From the human T2T-CHM13v2.0 reference genome, Homo sapiens, in NCBI RefSeq assembly GCF_009914755.1, contig NC_060926.1: a DNA stretch of 64,000 nt; one strand, written 5' to 3'. This document shows positions 51,660 to 64,000 of this stretch, one piece after another. Positions within the stretch are counted from its first letter, which is position 1, and every line of letters begins with the position of its first letter. The notes below the pieces were generated by a model that had not been told where the DNA came from, made no database searches, and saw only the letters and a list, made by a program, of their open reading frames with translations. Both the position numbers and the translations under genes were made by a program.

Positions 51660-52075
51660 AAACTACAATGAGATACCTTTTCTCACCCACTGGAATGGTT
51701 AATATTAAAAAGACTGACAATACAAATGTCGAGAATGTGGAGCAACATTCTCATACACTGCTGATGAGAGTGTAAAATGGTGCATTCACATTGGAAAACT
51801 CATTGGTGATTTCTAGTAAAGATAAACGCATGCCTTCCTTCTTATCTAGAAGTATATATCTAAGAGAAATGCATATATATTTACAAAAAGACTTTTCCAA
51901 AAATGTTCATAGCTGCTTTTTCTCCCAGTAGTCAAAAATGGAAAACAACTCAAATGTTCAACAAATAAAAGAAGATAAATAAATTGTGGTGTTCCAGACC
52001 ATGAAATAATATGCATCATTAAAACAATAATGAATTACTTATACACACAAGCCCATGGATGACTCTGTATATAAT
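51660..52075 (+). mobile_element. Old L1M ORF2-end/3'UTR fragment
   Basis: ACAATGAGATACC...TCATACACTGCTGATGAGAGTGTAAAATGG...AATGTTCATAGC. Confidence 0.75.
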
Positions 52076-53704
52076 TCTATACCTGTGTGAATCTGCTTTG
52101 GCAGTGTATAACTGGTCACATGTTTAGCAGCTTTGAATACAAGCCCTCCTTTTCTACCATCCTTCTTGGGTTTTGGTATTCATTGTCTTGTGAGTCCATT
52201 TTTTTGTATGGCTTATAAGGTCATCCTGGAGTTTCGTCTTGTTTGGAAACCCCATTTCCTATCCCCCAACCAGCTGGAAAGGTTTGGATACCATGATAAT
52301 AAAGCACATACAAATGGACTTAGGTGACCTCTGAGTCAGATATCAACAAGAAAATCCCTTCATTGCTTAGACTTTGAGGTACTCTTCCTTGATTTTATCT
52401 CTCTTCACCTTTCCTCACCTGGGAGGCAGAAGATAGGGAGTCGCCCAAGGCAAGGGGATCAAAAAATCTCCTCTACCTGCTTTTGATGTCAGAATTAGCC
52501 CTGTCTGAAGCTGAGCGATCAGCCCAGCTCACCAAGTATTTGAGAGAAAAACTGGAATAGTACATACAATGTGTTTGCCTGGAGTTTTTCTCTGCATAGT
52601 TACCTGTGATGGTCAAAGTGACTAACCTTCAGGGATCCTGGGAGCTGGCAAAAGATCATCACAGTCGAACAAATAGCTGACCTATAAATTGATTCTCATT
52701 CCCTAGTCTCGTGTTCATTATTACAATACAAACACCATGAAGACAAAAAAGCCGTGCCCCAAGCCCCTTAGAGTTGTCCGGCTCTCTTCCCAAGCACTTT
52801 TTTTCCTTGTCTATGCCAGAAGGCACTGGATTCGGCAGTCTCTTGCCCATTCAAAAAGTCCTAAACTGACACTTCTGAAGAGGATCAACTAGCAAACCAG
52901 CATTAGACTGTACTCTTTATTTCAGGCTACATCAGAATGAGGCATCCATTGATAAATGGTTATGATCAAAAGAAAGACTTGGAGAATCAGTTGTCCAACT
53001 GATTATAATTTTCTTTGCACAAAATATGGATTCAATTTCTGGTATTGAAGACCAACTCAGTAGAAAGAAGCCTTAGAGGGTTATGTCAGATTTCCCTTTA
53101 TTAGATCCTTTGCTCTCCTTTTGTCTCCACATAAGCTTCAGATATATGCTGGAGAAAACCTTCAGTAAGCCATGAAGTGCCCTTTGAACATCCGTCCCTC
53201 CTGGTTGCAGTATTCTGAGCAGATAAGACAGGCAATTAACTTGGTACACAGATAAAGTTGGGGCAGGAAGCCCGGCATGATTTTAGGCTCTTGGTGAAGG
53301 AGAAGGTAAAACAACTCACCTTATAGAAGAGAGAAAACATGTTACAAGAACACACATAACCCCACTCACTACCCCATTGGGTATAGTCTTGTTCAGTCCT
53401 ACATTTCTAGAAGGGAACAGCTCTGCTGTTTATACCTGTGGGAGGCATACTGGGGCCTAGTCTACCACAGGTATTAGATCTACATGTGGTTAGCAGGAAA
53501 GTGTCCATAAATTTGCAGATCCTTCAGGAATTCACCCTATGTTTATACCTAGAATTTAGAGTTGAGTTCAAAGCTGATGAGCATAAGTTTAGCCCAAATT
53601 CAACTGAACCTGAGATTATGGATCCCGCCCTAATTTAAGGGTAAGAAAAACAGAACAGCAAAGATCAAGAGAACAAGAGTGAGTTCAAGGAATTCTGGAG
53701 CAAC

Positions 53705-54210
53705 CTATCAAATTAACAGTATTTACTTAGCCCTGTGTGGCTCCACACAATGCTTTGTGTTAAAGGATTCTTAAGTGTGAGACATGGGCCCTGGACCACA
53801 GAGGGGACAAGACATGCACCCATGAGAAGATCAAGAAATCATGCTAGGTAGCGCATAATTCAGGACCAAGTTGTGTGTGATTGTTGGTGAACACATTAAC
53901 AACAAATCAGCAAATGGAGAGAGTCTGTGGCCTTCCTCCAGAGATCAGGGAAGCTTTAAAGGAGGGACTGAGGCTTAAGCAGCATTCTTAAAAAGGATTT
54001 GGATTAGCTGAGAAGAAATGGAGAGAGGGAGACATTCTTGCTTTGGCTGGAAAAGGAACAAAAGCTTGGGAGGGAGGAGTGAGTGCAAAACATTCACGTG
54101 ACAAGAAGGAAGTAGAGAAAGAGTGAGGCAAGGTTCATAAGATAAGAGCCAAACCATGGAGGGTCTTGTAAGCTGATGAGTTTGTTTGATTTAATGTGTT
54201 AAGAAATGCA
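53705..54210 (-). mobile_element. L2 3' fragment
   Basis: Degenerate antisense L2 motifs (ATCAGGGAAGCTTT; ATGGAGGGTCTTGTAAG...GAGTTTG). Confidence 0.5.
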
Positions 54211-54246
54211 ACACTGTATTAATAAGTCTATCCATTTAGTTGCTGA

Positions 54247-54502
54247 CAGTGCAGGGTCAAGTGAGGCACCTGAGGTAAACAAAGTACTTGCCTGCAGTGC
54301 AAAATTTAAGGGGGCACCATAAAACTCAGTAATCAAGATAAACAATATTTTAATGCAGCATTTAAAAGATAAGATTCATGTAGAAAATCCATAATTAATA
54401 AAATATCAAGATTTTAAAGAAAGACAGCATCAGTAACAGTGGCATGCTAAGCCATATTAAAGCCTGAGAAAAAAGGAAAACTAAGTAATACTAACTTTGT
54501 CC
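54247..54502 (+). mobile_element. hAT-Tip100 MITE, same family end as 15511
   Basis: GCAAAATTTAAGGGGGCACC...AACTCAGTAATCAAGATAAA...AAAATATCA; clearly homologous to 15511-15715. Confidence 0.7.
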
Positions 54503-56710
54503 TCTTTTTGGAAACTCAAAACACATATTAGTATATTAGGGGCTTTGAAAAGTACTGCAAAAAGTTCTATTCAACTCTTTAGTACTACATATCCCAAATG
54601 CATTTAACCACACATTTTTGCAGGCAAAATCTTTAGAATATTTTTCAGGACAAGCTAATATATTTTACTATTTTTTGACTGATAAAGAAACCAAGGCATT
54701 GAGAGTCAGCAAGATCTTTCTAGTTAACTAGGAATAAATAAATGAAAAATGTTGTGAGTGTATCAGTTCTTTTCTTGTATAAATAAGTGTGGTATAATGA
54801 ATAGCTTTTAACCTTTAATTATTTTTTACAAACCTTAGGTAACTATAATTACAAATTAATTGAGAACTGTCTATAAATATGATTGCATAAATTGTAAGGA
54901 ATTGTGTTAAATCTGTGCTGACTTCAAGGTAAAAAACAATACCCTTCACTGTATGGGAAATGAGCATCTAAAAAACTGACCTTGCTGCCAACAGGAGTTA
55001 TAAGATCTGGACAAAATACAAAAACATCTACACGAGACTCTGGAGACTGAACAAAAGCAAGCAGTTTTTGGAGGAGAGCTAAAGCTACAGCAAGGAACAC
55101 CATGGAACACAATGAGTTTTCACTTCATGTGGCTTTCCTCTGAAGGTAATAACTAGAAGACGAATCAATAAGAAGAATCTGAACAACAGGAAAAAAGTGA
55201 ACAGAGCCTCACTGATCTATGGAACAACTTCAAAAGATCTAGCATATGTGGAAATGTAGTCAATAAAGGAAAGGAGAAAAATAATAGGACAGTAAACATA
55301 TTTCAAGAAATCATAGCCAAAAATTTCCGAAATCTGGTTAATGACTTAAATTTACAGATTAAACCAATTCCATGAATCTCAAACAGGATAAATTTGAAAG
55401 AATCATACTTAGGCACATCGTGGTCAAACAGCTGAAAACCAAAGATAGAGAGAAAATTATGACATCACCCCAAGAAAATGACCCACTATATTCAACACTA
55501 TTTGAATAATCATGGCTTCTCATCAGAAACAAAGGAAGCATACAGTAAAATAATATCTTTAAAGCATTAGTAGAAAAAACAAACCTATTAACTAAGAATT
55601 TCATGTTCTGCAAAAATGTCTTTTAAGAATGAAGCTGATATAAAGATATTTTCAAATAATGAAAAACTAAGGGTATTCATTGCCACCAGACTTGTACCAC
55701 AAGAAATGTTATACTGAGTTTTGTAGGCTGAAGGGAAATGATACCACAGGAAAATTCAGAAAAGAATAAACATAACGATATTTATAAAAGACTATTTCTT
55801 CTCTCAATTTATTTATAATACAGACGACTGTTTAGAGACAAACTTTTAGCATTGCCTTATAGAATTTACAATGTATATATATCTAATACATATAGTAACC
55901 ATAATATAGAGAATGGTAGAGGCATAAATGAATAGACCTAAATAATTGCAAGGATTATATATTTTAAATAAAGTGGTATAAGACTAACTTTAAATTACTG
56001 ACTCTAAGTTAACTTACCCTATGAAAGGCTAACCATAGTACATCAACTAGAAAGATTACACCAAGAAATATTGCTAAAAATCTAATACAGAACATTAAAA
56101 TTGAATGGTAAAATACATATATAATGCAAAAGAAGGCAGAAAGAGAATAGCAAAAGAAAAATGGGCAAAGAGAACAACCAAATAAATAATAAATTGGTAG
56201 GACTAAATCCAATCATGTCAGTAATTTCATTAAATGCTAATGTACTAAGCATGCCAAAGATTATCAGAATGGATTATTTTAAAGGCAAGATTAAATTTAT
56301 GTTGTCTACAAGAAACATGTTTTAAATATGAAGACATAGACTAAATATAAAGATGGACAGTAAATAGAAGAAAAAAGAAATACCATGTAAATAGCTTAAG
56401 AAGATTAAAATTGATATATTAAAATCAGATAAAACAGACTATCAGATAAAGAGTAAAAATTACAGTATTATCAAAGATAAAGAGAGCCCTTCATAATGAT
56501 AACATTATCTATTGGGGCCTTTTTAGCTCAAGTAATTGGTAAGATTTAATAATCAAAAATGTGTATACACATAATAATAGAGCTTCAAAATACAAGAAGT
56601 GAAAATTGATACAACTAAGGCAAAATAAACAATAAAAAAATTATAGTAGGAAAATTTAACACCCTTCTCTCAGGAATTGATAGAACAACTAGACAAAAAA
56701 AATCAACAAA

Positions 56711-56993
56711 ATGTGATATCTCATTGTACTTTTGATTTGCAATTTTCTGGTGATTAATGGTGTTCAGTATCTTTTCAGATATTTTTTGGCCACTTTTATG
56801 TCTTCTTTGGAAAAATGTTTAAGTCCTTTGTCCATTATTTAATGGGGTTATTTGTTCTTTTGCTATTGAGTTATATGAGTTCCTTATATATTTTGGATAT
56901 TAACTCCTTATTAGATAAATAGCTTGTAATTATTTTCTTCCATTATGTCAGTTGTCTTTTCATTTTGCCAAGTCCAAAAAATCATTGCCGAGA
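56711..56993 (-). mobile_element. Antisense L1MA/MB ORF2 3'-region fragment
   Basis: GATATCTCATTGT...TTTGATTTGCA...GAGTTCCTTATATATTTTGGATATTAAC. Confidence 0.8.
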
Positions 56994-57783
56994 TGGAAAC
57001 AGAAAAACAACAGAGAAAAATCAATGAAACAAAAAGCTGGTCTTAGAAGAGATCAATAAAATTGATGACCCTGTAGCAAGATTGACCAAGGGAGAAAAAA
57101 AGAAAACACAGACATCAAAAGAAAAATAGGAGGATATAACAGACAATTCTATGTCCAAAAATTTGATAATTTACATAATTATTTCAATGTCTTGAAAGAT
57201 ATAAACTACCAGAACTCACTGAAGAAGAAATAAATAACTCAGATAATACTATATTTATTTTAAATTGGATTTGCAATTAAAAACCTTCCAAAAAAGAAAA
57301 CTACAGGCCTAGATTGTTTCACTGGTGAATTCTACAAAACATTTAAGGAAGAAATAATATTAATTGTATACCATCTCTTTAAGAAAACAGGAGAGAGACA
57401 ACTTCTTAACTAATTTTATGTGGCCAGCATTACCTTAATACTCAAACTAGACAAAGACATTACTAGAAAACAAAACTATAGACCAATATCCCTCATGAAC
57501 ATAAATGCAAAAATTCTCAAAAAAAATTAAGAAATCAAATCCAGCAATAACTACATATAATAATATATCATAACCAATAGGGGTTTATACAAGGTTTGGT
57601 TCAATATTCCAAAATCAATCAATGTAAGTCACAATATTAACAGACTAAAGAAGAAAAACCATATGATTATGTCAATAGATACACAAAAATATTTGGTAAA
57701 ATTCAACATCTGTTTATCATAAAAAAAAAAACTTTCAGGAATCTAAAAAAATAAGGAGACTTCCATACTGATAGATGGCATAT

Positions 57784-57815
57784 CACACACACACACACAC
57801 ACACATACACACAAC
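57784..57815 (+). repeat. (CA)n microsatellite
   Basis: Directly visible. Confidence 0.9.
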
Positions 57816-59087
57816 ATACAACAAACAACAACTATAGCTATTAACGTTGAAAAGCTAAGTGCTTTTCTCCTAACCTTAGAAACAAGGTAATGATGCCCCC
57901 TATCACCACTCCTATTCAATATTTTACAAAAACTCCAGCCAATGTAACAAGATTTTTTTTAAAAGATGATTGAAAATAAATAAAACTCCCTCTGAAACAT
58001 TATTTTTCCTCTAAAACATTCCAAAAATCAATTTTCAAAAGGTTCATAGAACTAATAAGTGAGTTTGTCAGGGTTGCAGGATACACAATCAAGGTACAAA
58101 GATCAATTGCATTTCTATAGGCTAGCACAGAATTCCAAAAATATAGAGTTCAAAATTTACAAAACAGTCCCAATTACAATAACATACAAAAAATGAACTA
58201 GTTAGGTGTCAATCCTACAAAATATGTATAGAATTTGTATGCAGAAAACTACAACACATTGATAAAAGAAAACAAGATCTAAATAAATGGAGAGACATAT
58301 GATGTTCATGGAATGGAAGATTTAATCTTGATAAGATGCCAATTCTCCCCAGATTGAGCAATAGTTACAATGCAATACAAATCAAAATCTCAAAGATCTA
58401 TTTCATAGATAATAAGGAGCTAAATCTAAAACTTACATGGAAAGACAAAGGAATTAATACAGCCAGAACAGTTTTGAAAAAGAAAAAGTTGGACCACCCA
58501 CACTACTTAATATCAAAACTCGTAAGTTTAAAGTTATCAATATATTGTGGTATTCGTAAAAAATATACACATACAGATCAGTCATATAAAATAAAAAATG
58601 CAGAAATAGATTCTACAAATATAGTCAACAGATTTTTGGCAAATGTGCAAAAGCAAACCAATACAGAAGAGTTCCTCTTTTCAACAAATGATGTTGAAGC
58701 AATTGGGTAGTCATCAGGAAAAATACAAGAACAGAAAGTTAACCTCAATCTGTATCTTACATGTTACACAAACATTAACTCAAAATGCGCCATAGAATAA
58801 AATTAAAAAGTGTATCTATAAAGCATCTAAAAGAAAACAAATAAGAAAATCTTTATAACCTTGAGTTAAGCAAAGAGTTATTTAGCTATAACACCAGACG
58901 TATGATCCATAAAAGAAATAAATTAATAAATTAGACTCCATTTAAATTAAAATTTTTTACCTGTTAAAAACACTCTTACACGAATGAAAAGACAAGGCAC
59001 AGGCTGGTAGAAAATATTTTCAATAGATACATTTGACTGAACACTTGTATTCAAAATATGTAAATAGCTCTCAAAACTCAACAGTAG

Positions 59088-59417
<330 letters not shown>

Positions 59418-60021
59418 CTAGACACTTCACTAATGAGGAAATATGGATGGCAAATAAGCATACGAGAAGATGCCCAACATCATTACACATTAAGGAAATG
59501 CAAATTTAAGACAAAAAATTACTACTACATACCTATTAGGGTTGCTAAAGAAAAAGGCAATATCAAGTGCTTGTGAATATGCAGAACAATTGGAACTCTC
59601 ATACATTGTTGACTGAAATGGAAAATTATGCAGGTACTTTGGAAAAACTGGTTGGCAGTTTCTTAGAAACATATGCATACCTAATCCAGCAATCTCACTT
59701 CTATGTGTTTACCCAAGAAATTTATTTATTTATCCATGAAATGTATGTTTGCTAAAAATCTATACACAAATATTCATAGAAGCTTTATTTATAATTGTCA
59801 AAAACTAGAAACAACTCAAGTATCCGTCAACATGTGAAAGAATAAATAAAATGTGGTACACTTTGAGATACTTAATGCAGTATTACTTAGAAAAACAGGG
59901 AATAAACTACTGATACAATCAATTACATGAATTAATCTTATAATTTTTACAGTGAGTGAAGGAATCCACATATAATAGAGTGCATACTTAAGATTCCATT
60001 TAGGTAAAATGCAAACTAATA

Positions 60022-61276
60022 CAAGAGGGAGTTGAAAAGTTTGTGAACAGAATTGAATGAAAAGATAAAATAGAAAATGTGAACTTTATTTCTCAACATA
60101 AGTTCCATCAAAGTCATGACACATTTTTTTGTGATGGTATCAGACATTTAGTTCATCCCTAAAGAACTGAAAGTCCTGGGAATTTAAACAATGTCAATAC
60201 TGTGTTTTGTTTTGTTTTAACACTGTTAGCTGAAGAAAAATGGGTATCCTTTACAGACTTTTTTAAGATTAGGAAACAAAAAGAAGTCAGGAGCCAAATC
60301 AGGACTGTAAGCCTAACAATTTCCCATCAAAACTCTTGCAAAATTGTCCTTGTTGGATGAGAAGAATGAGCAAGAGCATTGTCATGATGAAGGACTCTCT
60401 GGTGAAGCTTTCCTGGGTGTCCTTCTGCCAAAGCTTTGGCTAACTTTCTCAAAACATTTTCATAATGAGCAGATGTTACCATTATCTGACCCTCCGGAAA
60501 GTCAGCAAGCAAAACACCTTGAGCATCCCCCAAAAAACCATTACCATGACCTTTGCTCTTGACTGGTCCAATTTTGTTTTGACTGGACCATTTCCACCTG
60601 TTGGCTGCCATTATGTTGCTTGTCCTTTGTCTTTAGGATCATATTGGTAAAGCCATGTTTTATCTCCTGTTATAATTCTTCAAAGAAATGCTTCAGGATC
60701 TTGATCCCATTGTTTAAAATGTCCATTGAAAGCTCTGCTCTTGGCCCCAGCTTATGTGGGCATCTTTCAGTCAGAATATGTAAGCTGAACCAATTGAGAT
60801 GTCTATGGTGTTAGCTATTGTTCATGCTGTTAATCATCGGTCCTCTTCTATTAGAGTGGAACAAGATTCTTTTTTTCCCTGACAAATTGATGTGATGGTC
60901 TGCTACTGCAGGCTTCATCTTCAATATCATCTTGTCCCTTCTTAAAATGAGTTACCCATTTGTAACTGTGGATTTCTTTGGGGCATTGCCTCCTTAAACA
61001 TTTTGTGAAGCATCAATGATTTCACCCTTCTTCCACCCAAGCTTCAGCATCAAGTGGATGTTCGTTCTTGCTTCAATTTTAGGAGAATTCATGTTGCTGT
61101 GATAGGGGGTCTTTCAAACCCATGTCTTTCTTATCTTTCTTAGTGCCTCAAACTAGATCCTGTTCAGATATGTTATAACTACCTGGTACAAGTTTATTTT
61201 GGCACAAAAAATATTTTAAATCCATTATAGGTTTTCCATAATATGCATTTTCTGTGAATTATTTGAAGACTCCACA
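60022..61276 (-). mobile_element. HSMAR2 mariner transposon, near full length, defective transposase
   Basis: TA-flanked degenerate TIRs. ORF 60327-60611 encodes ...YENVLRKLAKALAE...HHDNALAHSS (mariner HDNA motif). Confidence 0.9.
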
Positions 61277-62775
61277 TATATACTGAAGAAAAGAAAATCA
61301 GTGGTTGTCTACAACCATGGGTGAAGGGGAGAATGGACTGTGGTATGAAGAAGTTTTTAAAGTTAAGGAAATATCCTGTATCTTGATTGTAGTGGTTGTG
61401 ACATGGGTGTATACAAGTGTCAAACTCATTGTATTGTATACTTGAAATAGATGCAGTTTATTGTAAATAAATAACTTCTTATCAAATAGATTAAAGAAAT
61501 TTCTAATATCATTTTTCTCTCTTATGATGTTTTTCTTTCTCCTAAAAGTAAATGAAACAGAAAATTTTTCCTGCCTAATGAAGTGATTTGCATAATGAAG
61601 TCACTGATATATGACCCTTCTAGAGTTTCTGACCAGCCATTATAGTTTCATCTGTTTTCCCCCACCTGCTCCCTTGAATGTGAATAAAGTGTTTGAGCAT
61701 TGACCCCACTTCTGTAGGCACTGTCCATCCCCCTACCACAAAGAGCCAGCTCTCCCCAGAGATGCTTCCTTGTGTCGCCCAGGTGATTGTTCACCACACT
61801 TGACTCCTAGAATAGCTGTGGCCCAGAATTTGGAAGTTAGTGCTCCAGGAGATAGAGTTTTCCTTTGATTTGAACTAAACTTCTTGAGTCCTGCATTTTT
61901 TTACTGACTCATATTCAGATGTTACTGGCTCTGCCTTGGAGCTTACTGCAACTGAATTATTAATGCCTCAGAAAATTCTACACAGACCTGGATTGATTCC
62001 CATAAACCACATGAACTACAGGCCAGGTTGGCCCAGGCAAACTGGTGAACCAGGAATTATACATTCAATGCCTGGCACTTAGAGTTATAAATCTAGAAGG
62101 AGCCTTAGAGAGCCCAAGTCCAAACTCAGGCCTCTGTTCAACCTGAGCTTCCCCAGCAAGTCATCCTCCAGGCTCTCTGGAACACTCCAGTGATGAGGAG
62201 TTCACAATCAGATGTGTTGTCTTCTTTGCAGTTAATTAAATATCTCTCCTCTGAAGTTTACTCCTTGTTACCTTCCTGGCCTCCCCAGTCTCTGGGGTGC
62301 CCAGAGTTCAAACCTCAATCCCACTTGCTCATGTTCCCATCTGTGCACCTAAGCAGTCCCTACTACCAGAGGGCACCCCAAGTGCCACTCAGCCCCTTCC
62401 CTCTGCAGCCTTCTCCCCTGCTTCTGTTTCCTCACCTTGTTCTCTGCCCTGGGACAAGGGATCAACCAAACCATTTAATCCCTGCCAAGACGCATTTAAC
62501 TTAGAGCAATTTCAGGTCACCTGGTGCTTTAACTTACGTAAAAGTCTCTGTCTCCCAAAAAGAGTGCCAGGGTAGGAACTTTTGACCCCACGGGTGGCTA
62601 GAAAGGAAGACATTTGTGTCATAGGACTCTTTTAGACTTCTTTGAATCAAACTGCAAGAAGAGGTAGAAAGTTAGCTTTTACAAGATATAAGCCAACAAC
62701 ACTGTCCTCAGTGTTTAATGTGCATAAGAAGCATCTGGCCCACTCCCTTAATTAAGATCCATGGGCAATCCCCTC

Positions 62776-63156
62776 TGTATTAGTCTGTTCTCACATTGCT
62801 ATAAAGAACTACCTGAGACTGGGTAATTTATGAGGAAAAGAGGTTTAATTGACTCACAGTTCCACAGGCTTAACAGGAAGCATGCCTGGGAAGCCTCAGG
62901 AAACTTACAATTATAGTGGAAGGTGAAAGGGAAGCAAGCACGTCTTACCATGGTGAAGCAAGAGAGAGTGAAGGGGAACGTGCCACAAGCCTTCAAACAA
63001 CCAGATCTCATAAGAACTCACTCACTATCATGAGAACAGCAAGGGGGAAAATCCACCCCCATGATCCAATCACCTCCCACCAGGCCCCTTTCCTGATGTG
63101 TGGGGATTACAATTTGACATGAGATTTGGGTGGGGACATAGAGCCAAACCACATCA
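62776..63156 (-). mobile_element. MSTA MaLR solo LTR
   Basis: TGTATTAGTCTGTTCTCACATTGCTATAAAGAACTACCTGAG...AAACCACATCA. Perfect TSD CCCTC. Confidence 0.92.
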
Positions 63157-63337
63157 CCCTCTATGGGAGTTCCTCAAGAAAATGACACTTGTAATGAGAC
63201 GGTTTGTCACAAGATGTTTCCTAATGTAGTGGAATTCTGTGTAGACCTTAAATATAAAGCTGAAAATGCAACATAATCATAGGACAGGTTGAATTTAGGC
63301 ACCAGAATGAGAGTTGAAATGTGGAACTGTGCTTGTT

Positions 63338-63338
<1 letters not shown>

Positions 63339-63370
<32 letters not shown>
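63339..63370 (+). repeat. Interrupted (TG)n microsatellite
   Basis: Directly visible. Confidence 0.9.
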
Positions 63371-63371
<1 letters not shown>

Positions 63372-63382
63372 TAAAGGGTTAG

Positions 63383-63698
<316 letters not shown>

Positions 63699-64000
63699 AG
63701 GTTAGTGTATTACTTATGACCGAGCAGCCCAGCCTGAAGGCCTGGCCACACTTGACAAGTGGCCAACCTATGCCAAAAAGAAGGAGCCAAATGACCGTCT
63801 GTCCAGGACTGCCTGAGGCATCAGGACATGCACCTCATCCAGTGGCCACTGCCAATCTTCCACCACACCTGCCAGGACCTGCCTGGACACTCTGCTCTAT
63901 GCTTGACTGGATGATACCAGGCCCAGCCCCCTTAGAGATCCATACACTGATGCAAACACCACCACCTTCTTTATCATGAGCAGGAGTCATGTATTAATTA

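Overview
Primate (most likely human or great-ape) genomic DNA, dated by AluY and a full-length L1PA3-type LINE-1. I see no host protein-coding exon, RNA gene or CRISPR array. Most of the window is transposon-derived. It holds five long LINE-1s: L1MA2-like 1-11380, L1PA13-15-like 28047-35337, L1PA6-like 37803-44500, L1PA3 45071-51201 and an old L1M 54950-61500. It also holds a truncated tRNA-Pro-primed ERV1 provirus, a rearranged ERVL provirus, MaLR LTRs (THE1, MSTA, MLT1), Alus, L2/MIR and DNA transposons (HSMAR2, MER58A, MER94, hAT-Tip100). The only full-length open reading frame is L1PA3 ORF1 (338 aa), which carries substitutions at known essential residues. I found no convincing new biological system. 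The observations worth a second look are mechanistic footprints: a twin-primed L1 nested in an L1, a probable short 3' transduction, a retained ZNF93 target segment, a frameshifted ORF0, ERV deletion and inversion junctions, multi-level nesting, a CpG-retaining ERVL patch and a candidate AP-1 enhancer. Subfamily names are from recall of consensus sequences, not a database search. Boundaries without a stated TSD are approximate.
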